This document shows positions 38,297 to 51,555 of a stretch of 64,000 nt of DNA, in pieces. A model generated the notes under the pieces. It searched no databases. It had not been told where the DNA came from and saw only the letters and a program-made list of their open reading frames with translations. The translations under genes were made by a program, and so were the position numbers. Source of the stretch: Anthoceros angustus (taxonomy: Eukaryota > Plantae > Anthocerotophyta); the NCBI GenBank assembly GCA_010909165.1, contig MU008167.1:434001-498000 (forward strand), given 5' to 3'. Position 1 is the stretch's first letter. The number at the start of each line of letters is the position of its first letter.

Positions 38297-39270
38297 GGAA
38301 TGGAGAGACTTTACGTAGCAAGCAAGAGAAGAGATGAAAAAAATATCATCTACACCGAAAAAAAGGGTCAACCCAACAAAGGGCACCAGGCCAAGGGGGA
38401 CTAACTACCGCGATCGCTTTTCTTGAAACTACCTACCGTCCTAAGAATCTCGTGATCGGGGATAAGAAAGGGCCTACCTACCACTGCCTCCGAAGAAGCC
38501 GCCTCCCCTGCGCTAGTCGCCATCCTGTACACCGCGTTCGTCAATGCCCTTTGCATGGCGATGGACACCCGTTGCCTGAAGAAAGATACAATACAAGAAA
38601 GGGGGAGACCAGCCCCCATTCCATTGATCGTGGTAAGGCTTAGCACATACCTTGAGGAACTTTGAGAAGTCCCAACCCATGGCCCCGTGAGTCTCGATGG
38701 CGAGGGGGATAAAAGTGTGGCCGTTATGCATAGGAGAACACTTGTGGACCTTGGCCGTCGCGCAACCTTCTGCCACCCAACTCGGGGGGTTGAGGATAAC
38801 GTGCTCACAGACACTGTCCTGGGCGGGGTCCGTTACAACCACATCAGCCACAGAAACCTGGTCCCCCCGGGATAAGAAAAGGTCACCCCTGGGAGACACT
38901 CCATTAAGCAAGGTGTACGGACGCTCCCTATATGGAAAAAAGCCGCCCACCTGGGCCACCAAGAACATGACGTCGTGGATGGCATCATGTGTAGTAATGC
39001 GCTGCCCTCTAGCGGGACAGCGGGCCAGATGGGCCCCAGGGTCATCGAGGGAAGCCCCCACAACTGCAAACAGAGAGAGAATAGGCCAAAGGTTGGACCA
39101 GACCCAAGCGAAAACGCATCGCGGTAGAAAAGGTTGCAAGTGCGATGCGAAACACCTAGATACTATAGCAGCCAAAGTCAAGAACTGCTCCTTCCCCAAG
39201 CAAGAGCAAAGTCGAGCACGGAAGGGCCTCAATGGAAGAATCCAAGAAGGCCGATTCTTTGTCCAGAGCA
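38297..39270 (-). mobile_element. CRE-like non-LTR retrotransposon, 3' part (CCHC knuckle + restriction-like endonuclease)
   Basis: RARLCS; GASLDDPGAHLARCPARGQRITTHDAI; PRGDLF...VADVVVTDP; KVHK; HTFIPLAIETHGAMG; FRQRVSIAMQRAL; 3' end TAAAGTCTCTCCATTCC. Confidence 0.9.
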
Positions 39271-39571
39271 TGATATTAGATTTTAGGGTTTAAGAAATCA
39301 AATGTTATAAACGCCCTAATAAATTGATTTCAAATTTCAAGCCATAAGTCAATTAAAGGAGATTTGAATTTTTTTCTCAAGACTACCTAATAAAACGGAT
39401 TCGAATCAATTGACGGTAGATCTAAATTACCACTTAATAACTAGAAACGAATCGATTGTAAACTCAAATGATGCATGTAAAAGTCAAATATGTAGTATTG
39501 AAATAATAATACATTTGAAGGCAAGAATTCAGGGAATACTGTTTCTTCAAGTATTTTTGCTCTTGAACTGT

Positions 39572-40031
39572 CTAGAAGTAGTATTCAAAGGGTAAAGGTT
39601 CGTTGATATAGCGAAGTAAACATGATGATGTTGTAGCTTTTGCAGCCATTGCATCAACACATTTGGGATCTCTGTGGCCTAGACCAGATATTAGTTGCAA
39701 AGCAAGAAATCTCAAACATTCTCTACATTGATTGACGTTGATCTTAATGTTGTCTTGTTCATTTTGAAAACAACGAGCTGCAGACCACATATAATCATTG
39801 TCATCATGACCATACAAAGGTTGTGTTGTTGGAAACACCTTCAAGTAATTCGTAACAGTTTGATCAATAACCTTAATAATAAGATCATTGTAATATTGAC
39901 CATCAACACCTGTAGGCCGTTTCCCATAACATTGATAACTGGTTATTTCAGTAAATTGAGATAACACTGATACGCCATTGAATGCTACTAGCAATCAAAG
40001 TTATTATCCAATTGCAAGTTGAGATTAGCAT
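39572..40031 (-). CDS. Small secreted Gnk2-homologous (DUF26) cysteine-rich protein, copy 1
   Basis: Hydrophobic N-terminus; YQCY...ARC-x14-CRECL...KC...SCLLRY; intronless; apparent frameshift in the signal peptide relative to copy 2. Confidence 0.7.
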
Positions 40032-40666
40032 TTTGATATTTAGAGCTGTCTTACAAAGCAAGACTAATCTTCCTTTGTTACTTACAATATTTATAATTTA
40101 AATATATAATATATACAAAGCATATTGATGGTTAAAATTTTATGCACCATTGAACCGCTCATCCGATGAAGACTTTATATTATGATCAACTATGTGAAGA
40201 ATAAGCAAATGATTTATTTTGAAAACACGTATTTTCAAGCATTGGTTTTACATCCAGAACTTTAAGATAAACCTTTTATAGATAAAACTAATACTCCAGT
40301 GAATCATAAGTATATTAAAAGTATTTTTATAATAAATACCTTCACTAGATATCCATATTATTTATAACGAAAATAATAGTTGAAACCATTTCAGGTTTAT
40401 CTAAATATTAAATTATTGTGAAATATGTACTGTCAGAAAAAGAGAGATGCTATTGGTGGCTAACCTAATTCTGAAAATAAGTGCACAGAAACGGAAAGCT
40501 AAACTGAATCTAGGAAACTGGTTTCCAAACTGTATCACAGGAAATTACCGAGGACATCCTGCTGGCGCTGAGTCATCTAACAGAATCGAAGGTGTCGATG
40601 TCAACCGTTAGCAGGGATGTCATCAACCAAGTTCATAAAAAGAATGGCATGGTGTGACTACTTCCA

Positions 40667-41999
40667 TCAAAACCTTTCTCCAAATCGAACAAATAGCGAT
40701 CCAGAGCCCGCATTACAATCTCTAGTTGTAATCTCATACAAGACAGATTGATTAACTTCTCAAGCGAAACTTACACAACACAAAACATTAGGTCTCTAAG
40801 TACATACCATCAGGACTCTAAGTAGATAACATTACACAAGGATAGACTATTAGGCGTCACATAAAATCTAACATTATTGAGAATTAATTAGCCTTCAAGG
40901 CATAAGACGTAACACTAGAAGTTTTATGCCTTCAAAACATACAACCTAGTATCAAACTTAGAGTAAATACAACTATCTTACAAGATAAGACCATATTCTA
41001 GTAGATGCCGTTCTTTTGTTACGCACAAGACAAAGTATACACTACTATTAAGGTCGGGCATTATGGTGTAGCCATCAACGCATATACTCAGTCACGTCGA
41101 GGCAGATTGATTATACACATGGTGCATTTCTCATCACTAAATGTTTTGGTATCCCAAGGTCACTTGAATGGGATGGCAGCCATTGTCGTCTAGGAACATT
41201 CTTTGGACTTTGCCTATGCATCCCAAATAAAAGAATTATAAATAGGAACATGGTTCAAAAAAAAATTAAGTAAAAGAAACCAAAGCATACTCAGCTCTCA
41301 CAGAGCCGAGCTTTATTCCTACGCCGTAAGAAGCACCGTGGCCAGGCCGTTTGAAGAACTCTGTAGGGTTTCCTCGCACGTCCTTTGAAGAACCCAGGTC
41401 TGTCCCGTATTCGACAAAACCATAGACGTGACGCTCCTTTATTGGTACTCGTACCTCAGTTGCAAGCTGCAACCAAGCAGCCAGCCGAAGTTAGTGGCAG
41501 CACATGGTACGGACCAAAGTGAAGATCGCTTTTTCTGAACGACAATGACAGAGTGGGGTTTCTTTACCTCCAAGAAGTTTCTACAAGCACCGAGTTCACC
41601 CATGTTGTAACCCCGGACAGAATATGGTCCACCAAGAGTAAATGCATCATAGCTTGCTAGATCGCCAACACAGCCCCCATACCGTGCATGAAACACTGCA
41701 ACAGGAGGCGGTGCCTCGCTGTTCTTATCCTCTGGTTGAAGCTGGATGAAGCGTGTCAAGGTGATCATGTGCCGGTTGAAGAACGGGAACTTGCTTCCAA
41801 TCCCTAGGCCTTGATCGCACTGCATCAGATGCACTACTTTTGGTGAAGCACAAGGAGGAAAACAGCCAGAACTAGGAAGGTCCAAGGTACCTGGAAAGTT
41901 CAAAAGACTTGGGGTAGAATGCAGCAAACCTGGAATATGTTCCGAGCGCCAACAGGTGTGCCATTAACAAATCTAGTGTTATCGTGGGTGATGTTTCCT
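40667..41999 (-). pseudogene. Partial duplicate of Toc75 3' exons, last exon interrupted by a ~570-bp insert
   Basis: 41293-41999 matches 43793-44500; 40667-40725 matches 43727-43785; insert equals 37152-37732. Confidence 0.85.
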
Positions 42000-42330
42000 G
42001 TATGGAAAAAGCCGCCCACAGGCCACCAAGAACATGGCGTCGTGGATGGCATCATGTGTAATGCTGCCCTCTAGCGGGACAGCGGGCCAGATGGGCCCCA
42101 GGGTCATCGAGGGAAGCCCCACAAGCGGAGAGAATAGGCCAAAGGTTGGACCCGGACAGCCAGCATCAGCGGTAGAAAGGTTGCAAGTGCGATGCGAAAC
42201 ACCTAGATACTATGACGAGCCAAAAGTCAAGAACCTGCTCCCTTCCCCAAGCAAGAGCAAAGTCGAGCACGGAAGGGCCTCGGAATGGAAGAATCCCGAA
42301 GAAGGCCCAGTTGCGCCTGTCCCGACATGA
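42000..42330 (-). mobile_element. Indel-rich duplicate of CRE-like fragment 38930-39270
   Basis: Collinear with 38930-39270 with many small indels; part of the local tandem duplication. Confidence 0.85.
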
Positions 42331-42546
42331 TATTAGATTTTAGGGTTTAAGAAATCAAATGTTATAACGTCTGCCCTAATAAATTGATTTCAAATTTCAA
42401 GCCAACTTAAGTCAATTAAAGGAGATTTGAATTTTTTTCTCAAGACTACCTAATAAAACGGATTCGAATCAATTGACGGTAGATCTAAATTACCACTTAA
42501 TAACTAGAAACGAATCGATTGTAAACTCAAATGATGCATGTAAAAG

Positions 42547-43086
42547 TCAAATATGTAGTATTGAAATAATAATACATTTGAAGGCAAGAATTCGAGAATC
42601 TTGTTTCTTCAAGTATTTTGCTCTTGAGCATCTGAAGTAGTATTCAAAGGGTAAAGGTTCGTTGATATAGCGAAGTAAACATGATGATGTTGTTGGCTTT
42701 GCGACCATTGCATCAACACATTTGGGATCTCTGTGGCCTAGACCAGATATTAGTTGCAAAGCAAGAAATCTCAAACATTCTCTACATTGATTGGCGTTGA
42801 TCTTAATGTTGTCTTGTTCATTTTGAAAACAACTTCTGACCATATAATCATTGTCATCATGACCATACAAAGGTTGTGTTGTTGGAAACACCTTCAAGTA
42901 ATTCGTAACAGTTTGATCAATAACCTTAATAATAAGATCATTGTAATATTGACCATCAACACCTGTAGGCCGTTTCCCATAACATTGATAACTGGTTATT
43001 TCAGTAAATTGAGATAACACTGATACGCCATTGAATGCTACTAGCACCGTCAAAGTTATTATCCAATTGCAAGTTGAGATTAGCAT
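42547..43086 (-). CDS. Gnk2/DUF26 protein, copy 2
   Basis: MLISTCNWIITLTVLVAFNGVSVLS signal peptide; near-identical to 39572-40031; the copy-1 stop is lost and the frame reads on to 42547. Confidence 0.65.
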   Translation of the reverse strand: MLISTCNWIITLTVLVAFNGVSVLSQFTEITSYQCYGKRPTGVDGQYYNDLIIKVIDQTVTNYLKVFPTTQPLYGHDDNDYMVRSCFQNEQDNIKINANQCRECLRFLALQLISGLGHRDPKCVDAMVAKPTTSSCLLRYINEPLPFEYYFRCSRAKYLKKQDSRILAFKCIIISILHI

Positions 43087-43726
43087 TTTGATATTTAGAG
43101 CTGTCTTACAAAGCAAGACTAATCTTCCTTTGTTACTTACAATATTTATAATTTAAATATATAATATATACAAAGCATATTGATGGTTAAAATTTTATGC
43201 ACCATTGAACCGGCTCATCCGATGAAGACTTTATATTATGATCAACTATGTGAAGAATAAGCAAATGATTTATTTTGAAAACACGTATTTTCAAGCATTG
43301 GTTTTACATCCAGAACTTTAAGATAAACCTTTTATAGATAAAACTAATACTCCAGTGAATCATAAGTATATTAAAAGTATTTTTATAATAAATACCTTCA
43401 CTAGATATCCATATTATTTTATAACGAAAATAATAGTTGAAACCATTTCAGGTTTATCTAAATATTAAATTATTGTGAAATATGTACTGTCAGAAAAGAG
43501 AGATGCTATTGGTGGCTAACCTAATTCTGAAAATAAGTGCACAGAAACGGAAAGCTAAAACTGAATCTAGGGAAACTGGTTTCCAAACTGTATCACAGGA
43601 AATTACCGAGGACATCCCTGCTGGCGCTGAGTCATCTAACAGAATCGAAGGTGTCGATGTCAACCGTTAGCAGGGATGTCATCAACCAAGTTCATAAAAA
43701 AGAATGGCATGGTGTGACTACTTCCA

Positions 43727-46700
43727 TCAAAACCTTTCTCCAAATCGAACAAATAGCGATCCAGAGCCCGCATTACAATCTCTAGCATACTCAGCTCTCA
43801 CAGAGCCGAGCTTTATTCCTACGCCGTAAGAAGCACCGTGGCCAGGCCGTTTGAAGAACTCTGTAGGGTTTCCTCGCACGTCCTTTGAAGAACCCAGGTC
43901 TGTCCCGTATTCGACAAAACCATAGACGTGACGCTCCTTTATTGGTACTCGTACCTCAGTTGCAAGCTGCAACCAAGCAGCCAGCCGAAGTTAGTGGCAG
44001 CACATGGTACGGACCAAAGTGAAGATCGCTTTTTCTGAACGACAATGACAGAGTGGGGTTTCTTTACCTCCAAGAAGTTTCTACAAGCACCGAGTTCACC
44101 CATGTTGTAACCCCGGACAGAATATGGTCCACCAAGAGTAAATGCATCATAGCTTGCTAGATCGCCAACACAGCCCCCATACCGTGCATGAAACACTGCA
44201 ACAGGAGGCGGTGCCTCGCTGTTCTTATCCTCTGGTTGAAGCTGGATGAAGCGTGTCAAGGTGATCATGTGCCGGTTGAAGAACGGGAACTTGCTTCCAA
44301 TCCCTAGGCCTTGATCGCACTGCATCAGATGCACTACTTTTGGTGAAGCACAAGGAGGAAAACAGCCAGAACTAGGAAGGTCCAAGGTACCTGGAAAGTT
44401 CAAAGACTTGGGGGTAGAATGCAGCAAACCTGGAATATGTTCCGAGCGCCAACAGGTGTGCCATTAACAAATCTAGTGTTATCGTGGGTGATGTTTCCCT
44501 GTAGGAAACCCACCCGGTCGATTCCAGTGTCACTATGGGTGGTTGGAGGTCCATCCACGCTGAGGGCGCCACTCGGAAGTGTGCGAGCACCAATAGTACA
44601 AATGGCACTCGTTTCATCCCTTGTTGTTACTTCCTCAAATACTAAACCATATGTGAACTTACTTTGGCGAGTGAAATTCTGCACAAACACCGCCAATGTA
44701 AGCCCCAAGCAGATAGTTATGTCCACAGACCAATGTCACAAGGTTCCGAATTGCTCACAAACCTCTGTAACGTTTGCTTTGAGACCAGCCCTGTCAACCC
44801 AGACGGCAGGCACTTCCTCGACCCCAAGCCCTCCAGTAAATACTGCACTCAACTTGCGACTGTTGAAACAACTGGCTCGGAACGTTCGGTTGCGGGGGTC
44901 ATCTATTCCATCTAAGTAAGGGTGCACGTACTCCATTTTGAATCCCAAATCATCCTGTTTGACAGGACCACATACTCGTCAGATTTCTAGATCCTCATCC
45001 CCCACACAAATGACAGCAAGTCAGGAGCAGCAAAACTCTCACCTGCGGGTTCAAAAGATTATTGGATGTCACACAACCCAGGATTGAACGGTTGAGACCT
45101 TGTATGTTTCTGTGTTCAAACGTTACGCTGCCTCCTGGTTGGATTGATGCCTGCACATCATATACAATGCAGCACACAGTAAGCAGGGGCCTGGTTTGCA
45201 AGCCAGCGGAAAGAAGGGCAGGACATTACCAGGGTAGGCTTTCCAGTGCTGCTCGGCACAATACTCCACTCTGTGCTTACTTCGGCAGTCCTCTGATCAA
45301 GCTCCTTTAGCTTTACCTCAACCACAATGCCTCCATCAATGTCCTCATCTGGCCTTGGGTTGACCTCAATGTTTGAGAACAACGCAAGGCCATTAACATT
45401 CCTCAGGGCTTTCTTCCCTGCCTCAATGTTGAAGACCTGACCAGCACAGAGCTGCCACCAAGAAAGAGTGCGTCAGAACATTTTGAAACCCACACAAAAC
45501 ATGACGAACGAGACTCGCAACATCCCAGGTGACCCAACCTGTTCCGGCAGCTCCCTGGCAATCACTTTCTGAGCCGTATTCCCTTCACAAGGGTTCCCCA
45601 TCTTGTCTTGAAACATAATCTGAACTCTAGTGATATCACCCTCCACCACCTCACACACCACTTCATTGGTATTCAAATTCCCAAAGTTCACCACCTGCGC
45701 GCACGCATATCCCTCATCATGGTACCACCTCTGCACCCTATCCCTAATCCTCTGCAGCATCCTGGCCGACACCTTCGTCTCCTGCCTGAGCCAGGACGCT
45801 ATCTCCCGCTCCACACTGGCCGGCAACATGCACGGCCGGGCCTGCCGCAGCCTGTTCTTATACTCCTCTTCCTGAAGTTTCATGTACTCCTCCCGCTGCT
45901 GGTCCGTCATGGTGGCCTCCGACTCCGGCGGCCTGCTCTGCGCTAGCAATCCTACATTAGCACACTTGAAGGAATTTGCGGCATGCCACTGACTCTCCAC
46001 AAACGATATCTGCATAGTCAGCGTCCCATCCGGCTGCGTCACGCCCTCCATTTCAACAGTCTGAAACATCCCGCAATTCAACAAATTCTCCACTTCCGAC
46101 TCCAGCTGCTGCTTCGTGTAAACCCCGCCAGGCCGCAGCGTCACAAGCTCAAAAAAGGGATCTTTAGAAGGAATCCCCTGCTTCGTCCTCTTGTCAATCA
46201 GCTCCACATCCGACACCTTATACCTTTTTCCCGGATTCAGCTTGTTCACCGGAACTCTAAGCCCCACCCGCACTCCATGCGCATCAAAAGCCTCCCCGAA
46301 ATCGTCATCCGCCAAGGCATTCCCGCTGTACAAAGCCAAAACCCACTCCCACCCCCTCCCAAACCAATTCCCATCCCCTCCACCACCTCCTCCACCTCCA
46401 CCATTACCACTCCAGCTCCCTCCTCCTCCATCTGAGACCAGGAATGCCGCTCCTGCTCCTGCTCCCACCATTAGGGCTTTCTGCACACTCGCCAGCAGAG
46501 CTGCCCGGGAGGAGCTGCTCTGCCTGGCCCAGGAGAGCGGGAGCTTGAGAAGGGCGCTGGGGGAGGTGCCCAGAGGGCCCTGCCGGTGCTCCTCCGCTGC
46601 ACCGGCTTCCATGCTGAGGCGAACGCCATATTTCCTGCTCTTGCGCCTGCTTTGGCCTGCGCCTCTCAGGGCTACTGGGACTGCCAATCTGCGAGCTGGC

Positions 46701-46762
46701 GCGGGCGGTGCAGTTGCGGCCTGCAGGGCCTCCAGTCCCGGGTACCGCTGCGCGCACTGCAT
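43727..46762 (-). CDS. TOC75: Chloroplast outer-envelope protein translocon Toc75 (Toc75-III type), multi-exon
   Basis: Bipartite transit peptide with polyglycine stretch; POTRA region WYHDEGYACAQVVNFGNLNTNEVVCEVVEGDIT; FSNIEVNPRPDE; SCFNSRKLS; QGLGIGSKFPFFNRH; LGGPYSVRGY; C-terminal FVRFGERF. Confidence 0.97.
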
Positions 46763-47859
46763 CGTGGCTGCAGCGGCCTGGCCGCAGCGAATGCCCTACT
46801 CCACTGCCCGGTGCCCGCACTTCCCCCCAGCTTCCAAGAATTTTGCCAGGGTTTCTCACCTTTCACATCGCGGGTTCCACCAATACCCATCCAATATCAT
46901 TTTATCCGAAAACTATCCACATTCATGGCAGGCGCATTTTACCTACGGTATTCTTTTTCTTTAGGACCATATGAGTTCGAACCAACTTTCACGCCCTCCT
47001 CCAATTGGTTCCAATTAGACATGCTAGGCAACAAAAACAAAACAAAGGAAACATGAGTTAAAGACATTATCATAGATTTTAGACCAGGTGCCACTAATTC
47101 AATATGATACAAAGTTGCTAGTCACTCATACGAAGGAATATGAGTCAGATCATCAAAATAACCTTCTGTAGTACACGTGGAACCACATGCACAAGAAGAT
47201 TCGTGACTCACATTGGGACCAGAATTTTTCTATGGTCAATGCTCTCCAAAATAATTATTTCGTCCAAACGATTGTTGTTGAATAAGAGTTGGAAGATGCG
47301 AAACTATCGTTATGCGAACTTCACAAATGATTGGTTTTTACCCTTATGCGAACTTCACAAATGATTGGTTTTGCAAGATGAGTGAGATTATACAACGCAA
47401 TGACTCTATACGGAAATCGATGTGCCCCTAACGGGGGACCAACCCAGCCTATATTGGGCTTTTCCTAGGTTAGTTTAAAAATATCGCGGTGAAAAGCTAG
47501 TTAAAGTGAGAGAAAGACAAGAAAAAACTAGGGAGGGAAAGGGGACAGAAACGAGAAGAGATATGTGGATATGCCATGGAGATATGAAGGCATTACAATT
47601 AGAAATTATTTTAGTTTTTAATATCTTAGATCATTTAATACTTTAATAAAAAATATTAATCAAAGGTTCGAGGGCATCACAACCCAATAAATTAGAGTCA
47701 TAAGTTAAAAGCTTAGGCTTGGTTATTGCATGGAGTAAAGGCCTAACATTTAGGGATTGTTGGCAATATAATGTTGTAGATAGGAAGGAGTGAGTGTCTT
47801 GTAACCCTTCCTACGAGAGTACGGGATGCCGTACGAAGGATCGCCGCTACAAGTGCCTG

Positions 47860-50560
47860 TTGGAGAGCAAAGATGAGCTCTTGTGGACTTACATATGGAG
47901 GGGTCCACAAGGAGGGACTGAGAAGCCTAATTGTGCTGTTTCTCAAGCAAGGATGCCTACAACCACATGAAACCATTGGTGAGGAAGGTCGTAAAAGGAG
48001 GGAAGAGCTGCCATGCATGCCCTGGTAAAATGTTCATAGGTAGCCTCAAGGACATTTAAAGAGGGAAGGTTCCCTCCTCGACTCATAACACAAAATCTCC
48101 AAAAAGTGTATGTTGTAGAGCAGGAATCAGGAGGCCAAAGTAGGGTCCGGGAGGACGAGCCCAACTAGTTGCCTTAAAACGCCTAAAAACGGTGATAGGG
48201 AAGACTTCTTCATCAAAAGAAGACCCGTACCCCCATAACCTTGGCGAGGCAGCTTGTCATCGGGCGAGGTCACTCAAAAGCCCTTGGGCCCATGATGTGT
48301 CCAAAAGTGTCCATGATCTTCCTGTCAAACCCTTGCTGCTGCGAAAGAAAGATCGGAGAAAGGGGCAACGTACGGATGTATATCAGGTAACCCAGACGCC
48401 TAGAAAAGTAGGAGGAAAGAATGCCCAAAGCCACATGTGGGTCTTCCAGCAAAGGGAGGTCTTCAACATAGAAAGGATCCTCGGCCCGGCAAGGAAGCCT
48501 CCAACAAATTCAGACTACCAAAGAGACCCCCAAAATCCATAGACCCGAGGCGGAAGTTCATCTTACCAGTGGGGAACTCCAAAGTAGGAACAAACCCCAA
48601 CGGAGACCAAACACGACACTAGGAGAGCTTGACCTTCAAATCCAACAAAGAGAGCTATGAGAAATGAACTCAATTAATGCTTCCTGGACATTGTCCCTAG
48701 GCCCGAGCGTGTGGCAGTTGTTTGCCAACAAAGAATGATACACCCAAGCGCTAAGGAGGCAGCTCTGGATAGGGCCCGGTAGTGAGCAATGGCAAAAAGA
48801 GTCTCACCTTGAAGGTCGCCTTGTCTGGTCCACGTGATCGATTCCAAAACAGAGATGGAAAATCTCGAGAGATATTCTTGTGCTGGTAATAAAGGTTGGA
48901 GGGTCTGCCATAGAAGCAACGAACAAACGGGATAAGGCTTGCTAAGACACCACCAGCTAGCATCCCTAAGCTCCTCAAAGATGATGCTCCTGAAAATGGT
49001 AGTGAAGGCATTCTCGACGTCCACTAGTAAGACCATTGACTTTGGGTGGGTTTCAAGGCATGTCTTCACACCAAACACCACGGATTCGCAACCCCTAGGA
49101 GTAGCAATGCCAAATTGAAGGGGTTTCAGGTGCTGCTGGAGTATGATCGTGACATTCTGCTGTATCAGGTCGCAAACGTCTTCCCGTGTTCTCAGCGGAC
49201 TTGCATAGCAGCCTGTTCATCCCGGACACCGAGCCAGCCACTTCCTCAACGTCCGCGGTTTGCCAGTGTTGCCCGTGCCCGCAACACTTGTAACCATTTG
49301 GACATTCCCGCTCCATCAACCTCCTTGCACAACACCCAAGCCACTGGAATCCCGTTCATGAAGTTATCGAACACCAACAAACTGACTAGCTGGAAATGCC
49401 ACTTATTCAATCCGAAGGTGGCATCCATAGCTATGATAGAGTTTATACCCCCATGTAACCATCATCTCCAACATGAACGGTGTCTCCACACCGAGCACAA
49501 AATCTCCAAAAGTGTTGTAGAGCGAGAATCAGGAGGCCAAAGTAGGGTCCGGGAGGACGAGCCCAACTAGTTGCCTTAAAACGCCTAAAAACGGTGATAG
49601 GGAAGACTTCTTCATCAAAAGAAGACCCGTACCCCCATAACCCACTGGCAGAGACGCTTGTCACTGGACGAGGTCACTCAAAAGCCCTTGGGCCCATGAT
49701 GTGTCCAAAAGTGTCCATGATCTTCCTGTCAAACCCTTGCTGCTGCGAAAGAAAGATCGGAGAAAGGGGCAACGTACGGATGTATATCAGGTAACCCAGA
49801 CGCCTAGAAAAGTAGGAGGAAAGAATGCCCAAAGCCACATGTGGGTCTTCCAGCAAAGGGAGGTCTTCAACATAGAAAGGATCCTCAGCCAAAGCCTGGT
49901 CAAGGAAGCCTCCAACAAATTCAGGACTACCAAAGAGACCCCCAAAATCCATAGACCCGAGGCGGAAGTTCATCTTACCAGTGGGGAACTCCAAAGTAGG
50001 AACAAACCCCAACGGAGACCAAACACGACACTAGGAGAGCTTGACCTTCAAATCCAACAAAGAGAGCTATGAGAAATGAACTCAATTAATGCTTCCTGGA
50101 CATTGTCCCTAGGCCCGAGCGTGTGGCAGTTGTTTGCCAACAAAGAACAGACACAATCGGGCGCTAAGGAGGCAGCTCTGGATAGGGCCCGGTAGTGAGC
50201 AATGGCAAAAAGAGTCTCACCTTGAAGGTCGCCTTGTCTGGTCCACGTGATCGATTCCAAAACAGAGATGGAAAATCTCGAGAGATATTCTTGTGCTGGT
50301 AATAAAGGTTGGAGGGTCTGCCATAGAAGCAACGAACAAACGGGATAAGGCTTGCTAAGACACCACCAGCTAGCATCCCTAAGCTCCTCAAAGATGATGC
50401 TCCTGAAAATGGTAGTGAAGGCATTCTCGGCGTCCACTAGTAAGACCATTGACTTTGGGTGGGTTTCAAGGCATGTCTTCACACCAAACACGGATTCGCA
50501 ACCCCTAGGAGTAGCAATGCCAAATTGAAGGGGTTTCAGGTGCTGCTGGAGTATGATCGT
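47860..50560 (-). mobile_element. CRE-like non-LTR retrotransposon RT region, present twice through a 1.4-kb tandem duplication (48090-49500 / 49497-50900)
   Basis: HLKPLQFGIATPRGCESVVFG; LLVD(V/A)ENAF..IFRSIIFEEL; TRQGDLQGETLFAIAH; LEDPHVALGILSS..RRLGYL..RTLP..FDRKI; degenerate. Confidence 0.88.
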
Positions 50561-50619
50561 GACATTCTGCTGTATCAGGTCGCAAACGTCTTCCCGTGTT
50601 CTCAGCGGACTTGCATAGC

Positions 50620-51555
50620 AGCCTGTTCATCCGGACAGAGCCACTTCCTCAACGTCCGCGGTTTGCCGGTGTTGCGTGCCGCAACACTTGTAACCATTTG
50701 GACATTCCGCTCCATCAACCTCCTTGCACAACACCCAAGCCAATCGGAATCCGTTCATGAAGTTATCGAACACCAACAAACTGACTAGCTGGAAATGCCA
50801 CTTATTCAATCCGAAGGTGGCATCCATAGCTATGATAGAGTTTATACCCCCATGTAACCATCATCTCCAACATGAACGGTGTCTGCACACCGAGCACAAA
50901 ACTGGTTGGAGCCATGCTTGAAACAACATGATTCTCAGGATAGAAAACTAAGTGCCCGTTGACGTCCATCCAAATACGGACACTCTCCGCGTCATTGATG
51001 TGTAGCTGATATGTCCGAGCTGAGACATAGGCTTCCATATTCTGGACATCCTTTTGTCTCAAAAAATCATCCCTGGTAAACTTGTAACCTGCATCCCTCC
51101 ATCGTTTCTCATACACTCCTTCTTCGTGGTCAAGTAATATCTGTTGTTTAGGTACTTGACACAACAACTTGTGCTGCACCCACCTCCTCTTTTCTTGTGA
51201 CAGGGCTGGGGCTAGCCGTGCAGGATGGGATAGGGGACCTGGCATGAGTTCTCCATGATAGAATTCACCTGTGGCATCCATGTGAAAACAATGCTGCAAC
51301 CTCACTTCCACTATGTCAGGCTACTTAAGTAACCGGGTCACAAGGAATTGGAAGAGGCATCCACGTTTCTTACTCATCGTTGGATGTCTTCTACCCACCC
51401 CTGTCTTGGGCCTCACATTTGGAACAAGGAAAGCAGCCGTCATAGCAGCCTCCCCACGACGGTCATCAGGCCTGTATTGACAATGGTAGATTGTCACCTC
51501 GCTTCCTTGTGTGTCTTTGATGTGCTGCTTTAGTTCCGCGGTCTTCACCCAACCC
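50620..51555 (-). mobile_element. Mutator-like (MULE) transposase fragment, At4g13970/At1g60560-like family; partial copy also at ~49200-49500
   Basis: YHCQY.PDD; SKKRGCLFQFLVTRL; H.DATGE.YHG; RDDFL...DVQNM; L..NDAESVRIW; FVLGVQT; MDATFGLNKWHFQLVSLLVFD...GIPVAW; stops and frameshifts. Confidence 0.88.

Noticed and set aside
38284-39290. Target-site duplication around the CRE copy at 38297-39270
   Set aside because: Best flank match is weak and AT-rich
47309-47372. Short tandem duplications here and at ~57770-57860, 58537-58606 and 62648-62700
   Set aside because: Ordinary slippage-type repeats with no further structure
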